64,000 nucleotides of DNA. Source: Octopus sinensis (taxonomy: Eukaryota). This document shows positions 52,649 through 64,000 of this stretch, piece after piece; within the stretch, counting starts at the first letter, position 1; every line of letters starts with the position of its first letter. The stretch spans positions 41,850,001 through 41,914,000 of the forward strand of contig NC_042997.1 in assembly GCF_006345805.1 (NCBI RefSeq), read 5' to 3'. The notes below the pieces were generated by a model, which did not search any database, was not told the DNA's origin, and worked only from the letters and a program-made list of their open reading frames with translations. Position numbers and translations under genes: made by a program.

Positions 52649-53135
52649 CCCATTAGTATTTAAACTAATCATATCTGGCTCAAACATCCTACTTGTTCTA
52701 TGTTAAAATTGGCCAGTTCTGGCCTCTCAAACCTATCCTACAACGTCAGTCTAAAAATAAGCAATTCATCATCATCATCGTTTAACGTCCGTTTTCCATG
52801 CTAGCATGGGTTGGACGGTTCGACCAGGGTCTGGGAAGCCCGGAGGCTGCACCAGGCTCCAGTCTGATCTGGTAGTGTTTCCACAGCTGGATGCTCTTCC
52901 TAACGCCAACCACTCTGTGAGTGTAGTGGGTGCTTCTTACGTGCCATCGGCACAGGTGCCAGGGGAGGCTGGCAGCGACCACGATCAGTTGGTGCTTTTT
53001 ACGTGCCACCGGCACGGAAGCCAGTCATGGCGACGCTGTCAATTGAAATATCAAAGCTACAAGATAATGCATGATCGATTCAAAACAATGTGAAAAAAGC
53101 ATCACAGCTGACAGAGTAATCTGAATGCTAAAGGG
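52649..53135. mobile_element. piggyBac-type MITE interrupted by a (GAT)n-tailed SINE
   Basis: cccattagta ... gctaaaggg|ttaa with a minus-strand SINE insert at about 52767-53060. Confidence 0.75.
52767..53060 (-). mobile_element. SINE family C, nested in a piggyBac-type MITE
   Basis: Reverse complement of 7165-7432. Confidence 0.85.
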
Positions 53136-55639
53136 TTAAGAAAACAGTTGAAAATCAAGAAAGTAGGATAACAATTTAGGCATAAGGTAAAAGTATGTGA
53201 CATTCATGCTTTCCACAAAGTTATTAGCAATATAAATGGAGTGAATTAGGTTAAAAATGGGGATCAAAAGTGGGTTGTAGATTTAGACTACTGGAATCCA
53301 TCACCTCAGTGGCAAAATTAATAATAATAGTCTGTAGACAGTATGGCTGGGTGTGTTTGTTGGGAAGAATGAAGAAAGACATGGAGTAAATATTGTAAAT
53401 AAACTTATCCTATTTACACAGCGACAATCAATTCTAAATTTGAATAAACATTTCATTTCCTCTTCAATAAACATTCAGCTCTTTAACAAAACATGCGGCC
53501 GGCAGAAAGTGTGTTACGTAACCCTGGCCATACACATGTAGGCTTCTGAACGAAGAGATTTAATAGGTTACAAAGAATAGGGAGAACACTGGAATAATAC
53601 GATATAAAAACAAATGAAAGGACAAAACAGGAGACTATATGTGTGTGTGTGTGTGTGTGTGTGTAGCTATAATGAAGCAAATGTTATCCAGAAATATATA
53701 AACTGTTTAGTGACAAAATAGACACACTGAGAGCTACATTTCCTATAAAAGTTTTCTATGTTATAAAAATAACATTACTAAAAAACTGTGCATTTGGTTT
53801 TGCTTTGTGACTCTAAACTTGTCTTTAGAATATAACAAAAAAAAAAAAAGAGGGAAATGAAGAGGTAGAGTTCATATATGTATTCATTTAGATGGATGTG
53901 TCAGAGCATGAGCAGGTTTAGAAGGTGTGCCTCAACAGATCAATCAGTGAAGTGTTAAAAATCATAGATCTAAGCTCCTGTCCAAGTCTAATTTAGCAAT
54001 AGGCATGAGTTTACAGAGCCTATAGTAGTAGCCAGAGGTAAAGTTGTGATCAGCAGAACTTTGTAAATGCCTAACAAAAATTTTCATCTTGGATATTCTT
54101 AGAAGTGGAGCCTGCCTGATGATGAGCCGCAGCCCTCCTGATCAGGAGTCATGTCTCATGTGACCCGCTTCTTGAAAAAGGTTACCCTTACCTGGCCTAT
54201 AGTTTGACTAGAAATGACAGCCATAACAAACCAAGGGATAGAACCAGCATACATCTCAGTTTGATCTAAAGAAATAAGATCTAAATCTGATAGCTTGTTA
54301 CTGAATTGTAACCAATAGATTTGTGCCCATATATTTGCCACAAAGGGCAAATTATCAGCTGTATGAATGAACCCCTTACTAATTTGGCAATTTATTGAGT
54401 AGCAATGAATTATGAAAAACAGTGATTTTGAAGTTATTTAAATAAATTGCAACTAATCATAAAACAATTCCTCAGACGTAGTAGAGAAGTTGGTTGGACA
54501 ATGGCAATTAGCTTAGGGGCTATAGAGAAAGATGAAAGCTGGAAGGAAGAAACAAATGGCTAATTTATGATGAAAACCCAGAACAAATTAACAATCAACC
54601 TATTGTGTTAAGTGGTGTCCTTAATATGGATATTAGCTTTGCTTCTGTGAGGGGTTTTATAATTCATAATAATGAAGCACTGATATTTTTAATCAATAGA
54701 ACTTGATTTTTTTTTAAGGATTTCTAATATATGTAACAAAGCTTTCACCAACAGCCTTGTAACATGTGCTGTAAAGAACTTGCAATACCCCAGACACCAG
54801 TATAGTATTTAAAGGGATAAAACATGCACTTCTATATATATATAACTTCTATTGCTGTCATAATTAGTCAAATGTTGCTCTTATATATTCAACACTAAAG
54901 TCTTTCTCACTTTAGTCATAATTGATCCAGTGTAGGGATAGGTAACACCAATTTGCATATTGCAAAATGCATTGTGCACTTCAGGTATATGACAAGGTGT
55001 AAATCGGGATTTTTCTAAGAAGCTACATACTTCGTAGATAGTGTTTGTTCAATCACAGTACATACAGCAATATTAGAACACAGTAGTAGACTGAGCTAAT
55101 GATGGGCCCTCTATATGGTCGCTTGACCTACTAGAAACAGAAGCCAAATCCCTCTGGTCTTAAACAATTAGATATAGATGCCCTTAAAAAATCAGGATGA
55201 TCAGAGCTTCACATTTTTTTTATGATAGGTTTACTGAGTCAAAGTTGACCTGGGGTTAAATAACATAGCAGTGGATCAAAGTATACATCGACCAGTAATC
55301 CAGTGTTCAAGATACACAATAATTCACAGTATATGCTTACTACAAAATATACACACACACACACACACATTTGTTGCTCAATGTCTCCCACACAAACACA
55401 CAAACTGGTGAAGCAATAACTGCAGACACTGGAGATCAATATCAACACATTACACAAACTATTAAAAATTTACACGTATCCATTCACACATCAGTAGATT
55501 AAAGTCTCAATACATTCGCGAATCAATGCGAGTGTATGTGAATATGATCGCTGTTGAGAGTCCCTACTACTAGAAATAGCAGCTCTCGGTCTACACGTAG
55601 CAGTCTCTAAAAAGGACATGATGGACAAGAAGGTAACGA

Positions 55640-55800
55640 ACTGGCAGAACTGTTAGCACGTCTAAGTTCAAATTCTGCCAAGATCAGCCTTGTCTTTCAT
55701 CCTTTTCGAATGCGATGAAATAAGTACCAGTTGAGCACTGGGTCGATATGATCGATTAGCACCGTTCCATATCAAATTTCAGACCTTGTGTTTATTAGTA
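55640..55800 (+). mobile_element. SINE family B, internally deleted
   Basis: ctggcagaactgttagcac ... aagttcaaattctgcc ... aataagtaccagttgagcactggg. Confidence 0.75.
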
Positions 55801-58431
55801 GAAGGTATTATTACAAAGAAAAACAAAACACGGGATTGTCATATCTTGAATGCCTTTGTCAAAGGTCTACTCAACAACTGCAGCCAAACAGTCAAGGAGG
55901 AAGTCTTAAGTTTCAACGGTGGCAGATAAGAGATGTTCAAATAGAATTGTTGGCAAATGAGGAGTGCTAACAAAGAGGTTACGAGTTGTGCGTGGGTGGA
56001 GGCAGCCTTCGAAAGGAAAAGGCCAGATAGAGTGAATTGGGAGGGTGAGAAAGACAATTGGGAACTTGACCTGTGAACTTGTAACCTTTCAACAAACGTT
56101 ATTATTATTTCAATAGGTGGGAACATGTAGTAGAAACATGTTAACGTAAATGCATTTACGAGTGCCGGAACACGTTGACCTTTCCTGGGAATTAATTTAC
56201 TAATAACCAGGAAGAGGAACAAGTGTGTGAACTGAAGTTATCTTTTGCCTATCTATTGTATGTATCTTTCTCGGCCATCTATTATCTTCTGTCAAAGCAT
56301 GATTATAGTTATTCACGCTAAGATGAAACAGAATTTATTAATGAACAATACATAAGAGAAAACACTATGGTCCGAGGGGCGAGAGATGGTCATCGTCAGC
56401 AACAATAAACAGTTAATAGAATTAGTTGGTGTGAAGATGAGTTCCGAAATTTATCTCCAGCTTTAAACCTTTTTAACAAAGAGAAAATAATCGAACACGC
56501 ATAAAGAGAAGGCCGATCGAAGACTGAAACTCAACTTAAAGCATCGAGAACATATACGTTGTACAAACATAACAAAACATCTGATATGACCTATATAAAA
56601 AATGAAAAATAAGGCGAACGATCAGTTGACATTTTCCAGTTGCGAGTCAACACGTTACATTCTTTGACAACTATATATTTAAAGAGGTCTTAGTTGAACC
56701 CTTTATGGACGGGAAACCCAGGGTAAACTCATAAACCGGCCATCACCAGATAAAAATATAGACTGCTCTATTTCTTAAAGTGTGCTTCTTCGGATTTATG
56801 TTTTTTTAAAAACTATATATATATATATATAATCACACAATTGTTCGTAATAGAAATCTTGTCAATAAGTATTGAAAGATATTAAAGGAAGACAAACAAT
56901 ATTGTAAAATGTATTAGAATTTTAGCCATGAAAGAATGCCAAGTTATAATCCTTTTCTTCATTTAATGCTATGTGAAAAGACTATATTATTTGCAATACT
57001 TTAAGAGAAATCACAAGTGTCAGCGAACGAAGTAATGGTGACGCGATTCCATGGTAACCCTTTTACTTCGTTTGCGTTGCTTATGCCGCTTGAAATGGAT
57101 ATGTTGGATTCAATAATGAATATTCTGGTTGTTCGATCAACTGAACTGCCTGCTCATTGATTTATAATGTGAGAAAGTACTCATGTACTCTTAATCTTAT
57201 TCACAAGCAGAATTAAGATTATAGTGCGACACTGTATGGCAAAGCACCCCCCCCCCATTCTCGGAATTACAGTCGGGCTGACAGAATTATGCATTTTCCG
57301 TCAGTTTTTGTTTCACTCTCAAAGCTTAGCTTGACTTATGGCTACAATAGAAGTCACTTGACCACGATGACATGAATTGAGAACAAACCCAGGACCTCAT
57401 AATTGCGAAGCGAACTCTTTAATCACTTGACCAGGCTTGAGTCCTAATGAATCAAGTGGTACTGCACCGCTGTATGAGAAATCAAAATCGTGTATCTGTT
57501 GTTTCACAAACACCTTGATGTGACATACTGTTACACGTTTGCAACAAATGTAGTTAGCCTTTAGCCTCACGCGTTGGACTTCACACACAAATATTCTCTT
57601 TTATTCTTTTTAAAAAAATTATTTCACAGTAAACATATTGCGAGGACGGGTTTATAAGTGGGACAGTCAAATTTTAATGAAATCAAAGACTTTTGCTGTA
57701 CACAACTTAGCCATAGTTAATTTTGAATTTGTTTCCACAGTCACTACACAGTGCGTGTGTAATTACTTACATACGGAGCATACATACAAAAACAAATAGG
57801 CTCCCAGCGTGCTTCAAACGTGTAATGAAGTGCTGAGTAACAAAGCACATGCAATTAAGTTGCACATATCCAACTTTTAGGTTGTCATAATAATTATTAT
57901 AGGTTAGAAAGACAGTATTTAATGACTAGCAGCTTGTTTTAATTGACCCCGCTGACACTGAAGGCGTGTAATTAGAGCAACGTCAAGAGGTAGATCGGAA
58001 GGAGTGAGGTGGGGGGCAGAGCAGAGAGAATAGGTGTATAAGATTAAAAACAAAACCAATTGAAACTACGTTGTTCTGACAATCTTAATGCGTAAGATTT
58101 TAAGAAATGAATGAGCCGACGTGGGAAAGGCGTTGGCGGGTTTCCCATAGGTTTAAATCCCACTCTTTATTTCTCTAAAAACAGGGAGAGAAAAACAACA
58201 GTTATAGAGGTAGTGACGGGGGTATTCTTATTACTTCTGTATTTTCTTTAAACAAACAAGGTAGATTAATAGTATCATGAATATTGATTACGTGAGTAAG
58301 GCATGTCATTGATTGAGTCGACACATATATGTTGCTAATACTTGGGTTATTGGATCTGGAAGGACAAAATATTAATCGGTTTCGCCAGAGTATGAACTTC
58401 AGACCGAGTATAATGAAACTATACTGTAATA

Positions 58432-58595
58432 CAGTGGTTCTCAACCTGTAGTCCGCAAAATAGTACTAGAGGATCGTGAACTGAATTCAGAATATCATAT
58501 ATACATACACACACACACACACAAGGATAAGCATATTAAAAGGGTCCGTGGGAAAATTCATTTAAATAAAATAGCGAAAATGTTGAGAACTACTG
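58432..58595. mobile_element. hAT (Charlie-like) MITE
   Basis: TIRs CAGTGGTTCTCAAC / GTTGAGAACTACTG and an 8-bp target duplication ctgtaata / ccgtaata. Confidence 0.85.
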
Positions 58596-60616
58596 CCGTA
58601 ATAAATCTAGTTTGGCACTTTAAATGCTTCAATTATCTTTACATCCCTTCGTTGTGTATAGATAATAATAATAATAATTAATAAACCAAAAATTATTGTA
58701 GATATAGATGAAACTGAAGAAATACAATGAGTTTACAGAGATACACACTTGGGCGAAAGTAAAGAATAGGCACACCCGATGTTTACAGTTTTTGTTACAC
58801 CGAAAACGGGTGGAGTACGTAAGTTTATTAAAATACTTGGGATTGAAACCAAACCGTGCATTCGACTCGCCTGGAATTTTCTCTCTCTCTCTGACCTCAA
58901 TGGTTTTATTTAAAAAGAAAAAATAATAATAAACGATTGAAGCAGGTGTGAAAATAGTTATGTTTAAGATAGCTGTTATCAAATTTCTGCTCTGCTGGAG
59001 TGGTTTTGTGAGAGTAATCAGTTAAAATAGCTTTGGTAGAAAAAGTTTTTAGTTTTAATTCGACTTGTTATTAATGTAAATGGAGGTGATAATAGTGGGA
59101 AAAAAGACGAAGTGTTTTGCTCTGGAATTAAAGTATGTAGTGGTACTAGTATCGTATGTAGTATATGTTGTATAAACTATCAGACTCTGCGCACAAAGTA
59201 GAAAAAAATTAAATACAGAATATACGCGAACTAACAGCGAGCGAAGGGTGCTTGAATGACAGACGAAGTGGTTGGATAGAAAACTACTTCAGTTTATGAG
59301 ACACGAGTGTGTAAATATACGTACCTGTATAAATCAGGGGACTTATCCGTAAACAGTATGTTATCATAATCCGAATAAGAGGACATTCTCCGAAAGGATT
59401 TCATCATTGAAGAACTGGGCTGCAGGTCTCCTCTCTCGATATGTGTAATGTATAGAGAATGGAGAAGTTTTTAAACCAACTTCTGTTTTTCCCGTATTAT
59501 TACCTGTTGTTAAATTTTTTCTTTATTCGTTTGTTTGGTTGCCGAACTTTGATAAAACTAACAAGTCAGTACTGGGATTCATGGTTAATCTTAATCGTGT
59601 ACAGTCCAATGATTCGGTCGCTTAAAGTTGATTTTATTTAATAACAAGTAAATACGCAGATGGAAAACTTGTCAATAGAACAGTGACCATCCTACATTGT
59701 CATTATAAAAGTTGTCAAAAGCAGGTAATATTATATATACTCATATGTAAGTAAGTATATATACTTACTTATACATACATACATAACTTAGTAGAAGCGG
59801 CGGTGCGATGTTTAGCTGTCTATTACAGGTAGTCAAATCATTAGCAGCCACAGAAAGGGAAGGAAGACTGATAGTTTTCCTAAATGTAGAGGCGGTCTAT
59901 TTGCCGGTAATATCTGACACCTTATTCATTCTCATACTGTTGCTTGCAACTAATTCAGTCATAAACTTCGCAGACACAATAATACCCACGCTCACTCTGC
60001 CTTCTTCTCACCTCTTCTCTCCTGTTATTCTTCACCACAAATGTTTTCAATAAACAGTCCCGTAACGCTGTCTATTGTTTTCGCCTTATTTATTTAACGA
60101 TGTGAGGGACACACACACATAAAGAGAGTGATGTTTATATATTTATATACACACAGCTGTCTAGAACGCGGGAAATAGTACTCAATACAAGATTATTATT
60201 AAACTTATTCGGATGATGCAGTATGTACCGTTACTCCGAGTTCCTGCCTACAACCTCTTTACAAAGAGTATATATATATATAAGGGGTTAAAAAACAACA
60301 AATTAGATACAGTTTATTTTCTACCGTATCATATATATATATATATATATAAATTGTGGTGTAAAATAGCGCTCACATTTGGAAGTTTCGAGCTGTGGAA
60401 CCACTGGTACCATCCGTATAAACAAAATAATTTTTCTCTTCTCTTTGAACATTCGTCTACCTATACCGAAGGATTGACTAAGTTAAGATTTTTGAAGTTA
60501 TTCTGCGATCATCGATTGTCAAACGTGTTGAGAGAGAGGAAGGGGTTGTTTTATCACAATAGAAATATTTTGCTTCCTCATATTTGTCAGAAATATTTAT
60601 GAAATTTTCTACAAAG

Positions 60617-60685
60617 ACCTTGGGCAAGTGCCTTCTGCTATAGCCTCAGGATTTGGTAGATGGAAACTGAAAGAAGCCCATCGTG

Positions 60686-60735
<50 letters not shown>

Positions 60736-60969
60736 CATACATATATATGTGTATATACATACATACATACATACATATATATGTATATATATATATATAT
60801 ATATACATATATACATACATACATACATATATATGTGTATATATATATATACATACATACATACATATATGTGTATATATATATATATATACATACATAT
60901 ATATGTGTATATATATATATATATACATACATATATATGTGTATATATATATATATATATACATACATA

Positions 60970-61009
<40 letters not shown>

Positions 61010-61043
61010 TATGTGTATATATATATATATATATATACACATA

Positions 61044-61113
<70 letters not shown>

Positions 61114-61165
61114 CATACATACGTGTGTATGTATATATATATATATATACATACATACATACATA

Positions 61166-61197
<32 letters not shown>

Positions 61198-61200
61198 CAT

Positions 61201-61231
<31 letters not shown>

Positions 61232-61257
61232 TATACATACATACATACATACGTGTG

Positions 61258-61293
<36 letters not shown>

Positions 61294-61575
61294 CATATAT
61301 ATATGTGTGTGTGTGTGTGTGTGTATATATATACATACATACATACATACATATGTATATATATATATACATGCATGTATACATATATATGTATATATGT
61401 ATGTGTCAGTATCCCCAATATCGCGTGACAACCGATGTTCCCGTAACTTAGTGGTTTGACAAAAGGCACTGATTGAATAAGTACTAGGTATACAAATAAT
61501 AAGTCCAGGGGTTTATTTGTTCAACTAAAGGCGATGCTCCAGCATGGCCACAGTCAAATAGCTGAAACTAACAAC
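60617..61575 (+). mobile_element. SINE family A, 5'-truncated, with a hugely expanded central microsatellite
   Basis: CORE-like part at 60617-60685, about 720 bp of TA/TACA/TG repeat, then the normal tail. Confidence 0.85.
60687..61405. repeat. Very long compound TA/TACA/TG microsatellite
   Basis: Directly visible; it produces the spurious I/Y-rich ORFs in all six frames. Confidence 0.97.
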
Positions 61576-61969
61576 TGAATAAAAGGGTACTCTTCAGAGT
61601 GTGTACTTTACAATTATATCGTTATTTAATATGAAAAAGAATATTGGTAGACACAATATTTTTTAGAAATTTCAAGTTTCATTTTGTAAATCTATGTGAT
61701 GTGTGTCAGTATATATGTGTATGAGCACACCAGTTTGTTCTTTTTTCATCTATTAAATTCCTTTGCTTTGTGCCGTTGCTTGGCCTGCCTGAAATAGAAA
61801 CTGCAGAATGGATAATGTAGTCCTGGGTTCATTATTTTAAAAAAGAGAAAAAGAACCCAGAAGTCCTTTTATCATAGGTTTCTTTAATTAGTCCTGAGCT
61901 GGAGTAAAATAAATCCACATTCATGACATCATATATATATATATATATACATATATGTATATACATATA

Positions 61970-62376
61970 GGCGCAGGAGTGGCTGTGTGGTAAGTAGCTT
62001 GTTTACCAACCACATGGTTCTGGGTTCAGTCCCACTGCATGGCACCTTGGGCAAGTGTCTTCTACTATAGCCTCAGGCCGACCAAAGCCTTGTGAGTGGA
62101 TTTGGTAGACGGAAACTGAAATACGCCCGTTGTATATATGTATATATATATATGTGTCTGTGTGTGTTTGTGTGTCTGTGTTAGTCCCCCTAGCATTGCT
62201 TGACAACCGATGCTGGTGTGTTTATATCCCTGTTACTTAGCGGTTCAGGCAAAAGAGACCGATAGAATAAGTACTGGGCTTACAAAGAATAAGTCCCGGG
62301 GTCGATTTGCTCGACTAAAGGTGGTGCTCCAGCATGACCGCAGTCAAATGACTGAAACAAGTAAAAGAGTAAAGAG
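61970..62376 (+). mobile_element. SINE family A, full length
   Basis: Same head, core and tail. Confidence 0.9.
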
Positions 62377-62511
62377 TATACACGTGTGTGTGTGTGTGTA
62401 CATGCACGGATGACTGAAGATCTTTTTCTTTGCATGATACATAACATACATACCTCTCTTGAGTAAAGTTTGCTTAGCATATAGGAAATCATCATCATTA
62501 TTATTACATAA

Positions 62512-62720
62512 GGCGGTGAGCTAGCATAATCATTAGCATGCTGGATTAAATGCTTAGTGGTATTTCGCCCATCACTCTGTTCTGAGTTCAAATTCCTCTG
62601 AGGTCAACTTTGCCTTTCATCCTTTTGGGGTCAATAAAAATATGTACCTATTGTAAAACTGGAGTCAACGTAATTGATTCATCCCCTCCCCCATAATTGC
62701 TGCCCTTGTGGCAAAATTTG
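62512..62720 (+). mobile_element. SINE family B
   Basis: ggcggtgagctagcataatc ... ctgagttcaaattcc ... central domain and tail. Confidence 0.82.
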
Positions 62721-63135
62721 AAACCATCATTATTATTATTACAGAGGTTAGGTTGTTTTTTTTAGCTGCAGGTCAGCTTTAACTAAGCTGTAATCAGAGA
62801 TATTCCAGTTCTACCTATCCTGCCTTTTTACTGAAGTACAAGTGACACATTCGTGTATGTGATTTCCGAGAGGTTTGCAGCTATTTCTATCAGGTTGAAT
62901 GATCACATGGAGATATCATCATTGACATGTAGGCCAAATTTATACCAGTAATATAAGTAGTAGTCGAGCACTGAGTTTATGTAAGGGATTATAATCCTTC
63001 CTCACCATAACCTTAGGACTTATGCCTCATTATAGGTGCAGGCATAGCTGTGAGGTTAAGAAGCTTGATTCCAAACTAGGTGATTTCAGGTTCTGCATGG
63101 AAGGTGGATGTTACACAATGATAATGATGATGATG

Positions 63136-63179
<44 letters not shown>

Positions 63180-64000
63180 TATAATTATTAGGGAATATTA
63201 CTTCTTAGTACACAGGAAAAGGACATTCACATTCGATGTTCTAAAATGAACATATTTTTTACTCCTTAAATTTTTAATATTCAGTTATTATTTTTATTTA
63301 TTTTTTATTTGCATTTCTATTCATTTGTACGTTGATAAGTAAGATTATATCGAAGATATAGAGTATCATGGACATATATAAGAGGTAGGGAGGAATCTAG
63401 ACCTGAAGATTGAGAGTATGTCGACCCGAGTAAGTATTGAAACTAGATACCTCGTAGCTAATCGATACCGATGTACTTTCATGAAACACGTGTAGTCTCA
63501 TAAACGGAAAATACAGGATTCAGAATAGATATAGTTTGTATAAGATTTAATTTTTAACATTTTCGGGAGTGGTCGGGTATAAAATCTTTCAGTGTTGATT
63601 GAGTTGAAGGTGGTTCTGTCTCTATACAAATATATATGCATAAATACATGTATATATATATACTGTAAAACAAACTGGGAGGAAAGAGACGGAACGAAGT
63701 GAGAATTCGAAAAATCGAAAATTCAAACGAACCCGACGCGAAGCACTGTCAGACAATAGTGTAATAAATAAAATATATGCATACATACAAACATATATGT
63801 ACGTACCGACATCTACATGTATATATACATGCATATATAAATATATATATATACGTACAGGACATCACAAGAAGACGAAAAAATCAACAGAACGAAAACG
63901 GAGAAGACATTTTGTTACAACAGAAGGACAGAGACATGGAACAAGATGAAAACGAAAACGGGAAAAACATTATGTACAGCAGAAAAACGAAGTACAGGAC

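Larger units (their letters stand above)
55480..60560. promoter_or_regulatory. CpG-retaining, repeat-poor region; probable promoter/regulatory domain
   Basis: CG dinucleotides are visibly much more frequent than in 1-55 kb and SINEs are scarce. A strong plus-strand donor GAGTAC|GTAAGT lies at 58819. No start site could be fixed. Confidence 0.45.

Noticed and set aside
55790-56230. Penelope-like RT/GIY-YIG relic
   Set aside because: Only vague peptide resemblances, and not in the expected order; TBLASTX would be needed.
60213-60602. 129-aa ORF
   Set aside because: No recognisable domain; it crosses (TA)n runs; no splice signals found.
60609-61469. Six 236-286 aa ORFs rich in I/Y/M/C
   Set aside because: Translations of a TA/TG microsatellite that lacks stop codons; not proteins. 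The same applies to ORFs at 19208-19709, 36324-36625 and 39445-39851.

Overview
AT-rich, repeat-dense animal genomic DNA. The tRNA-headed SINEs with (TA)n/(CA)n cores look like those of octopus (inference from repeat sequence, not from a search). The only convincing protein-coding sequence is one 127-nt minus-strand exon (870-996) encoding the start of a SAM-like domain. Most of 1-48.5 kb is probably one very long intron upstream of it. A CpG-rich candidate first exon (about 48468-48700) has two donor sites 5 nt apart, one of which splices in frame to the SAM exon. Inside this intron is the best find: a textbook recursive-splice (ratchet) site, with branch point, about 50-nt pyrimidine tract and CAG|GTGAGT, at 33374-33438. 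The rest is a transposon landscape: a 5'-to-3' RTE LINE with an internal RT deletion and extra C-terminal C2H2 fingers, a second RTE-clade RT fragment, a decayed Tc1 element, a zinc-knuckle ORF1 relic, MITEs of piggyBac, Tc2/pogo, mariner and hAT type, two long foldbacks, and three or four modular SINE families. A CpG-retaining region at about 55.5-60.5 kb is probably regulatory. No RNA genes, CRISPR arrays or intact mobile-element ORFs were found.
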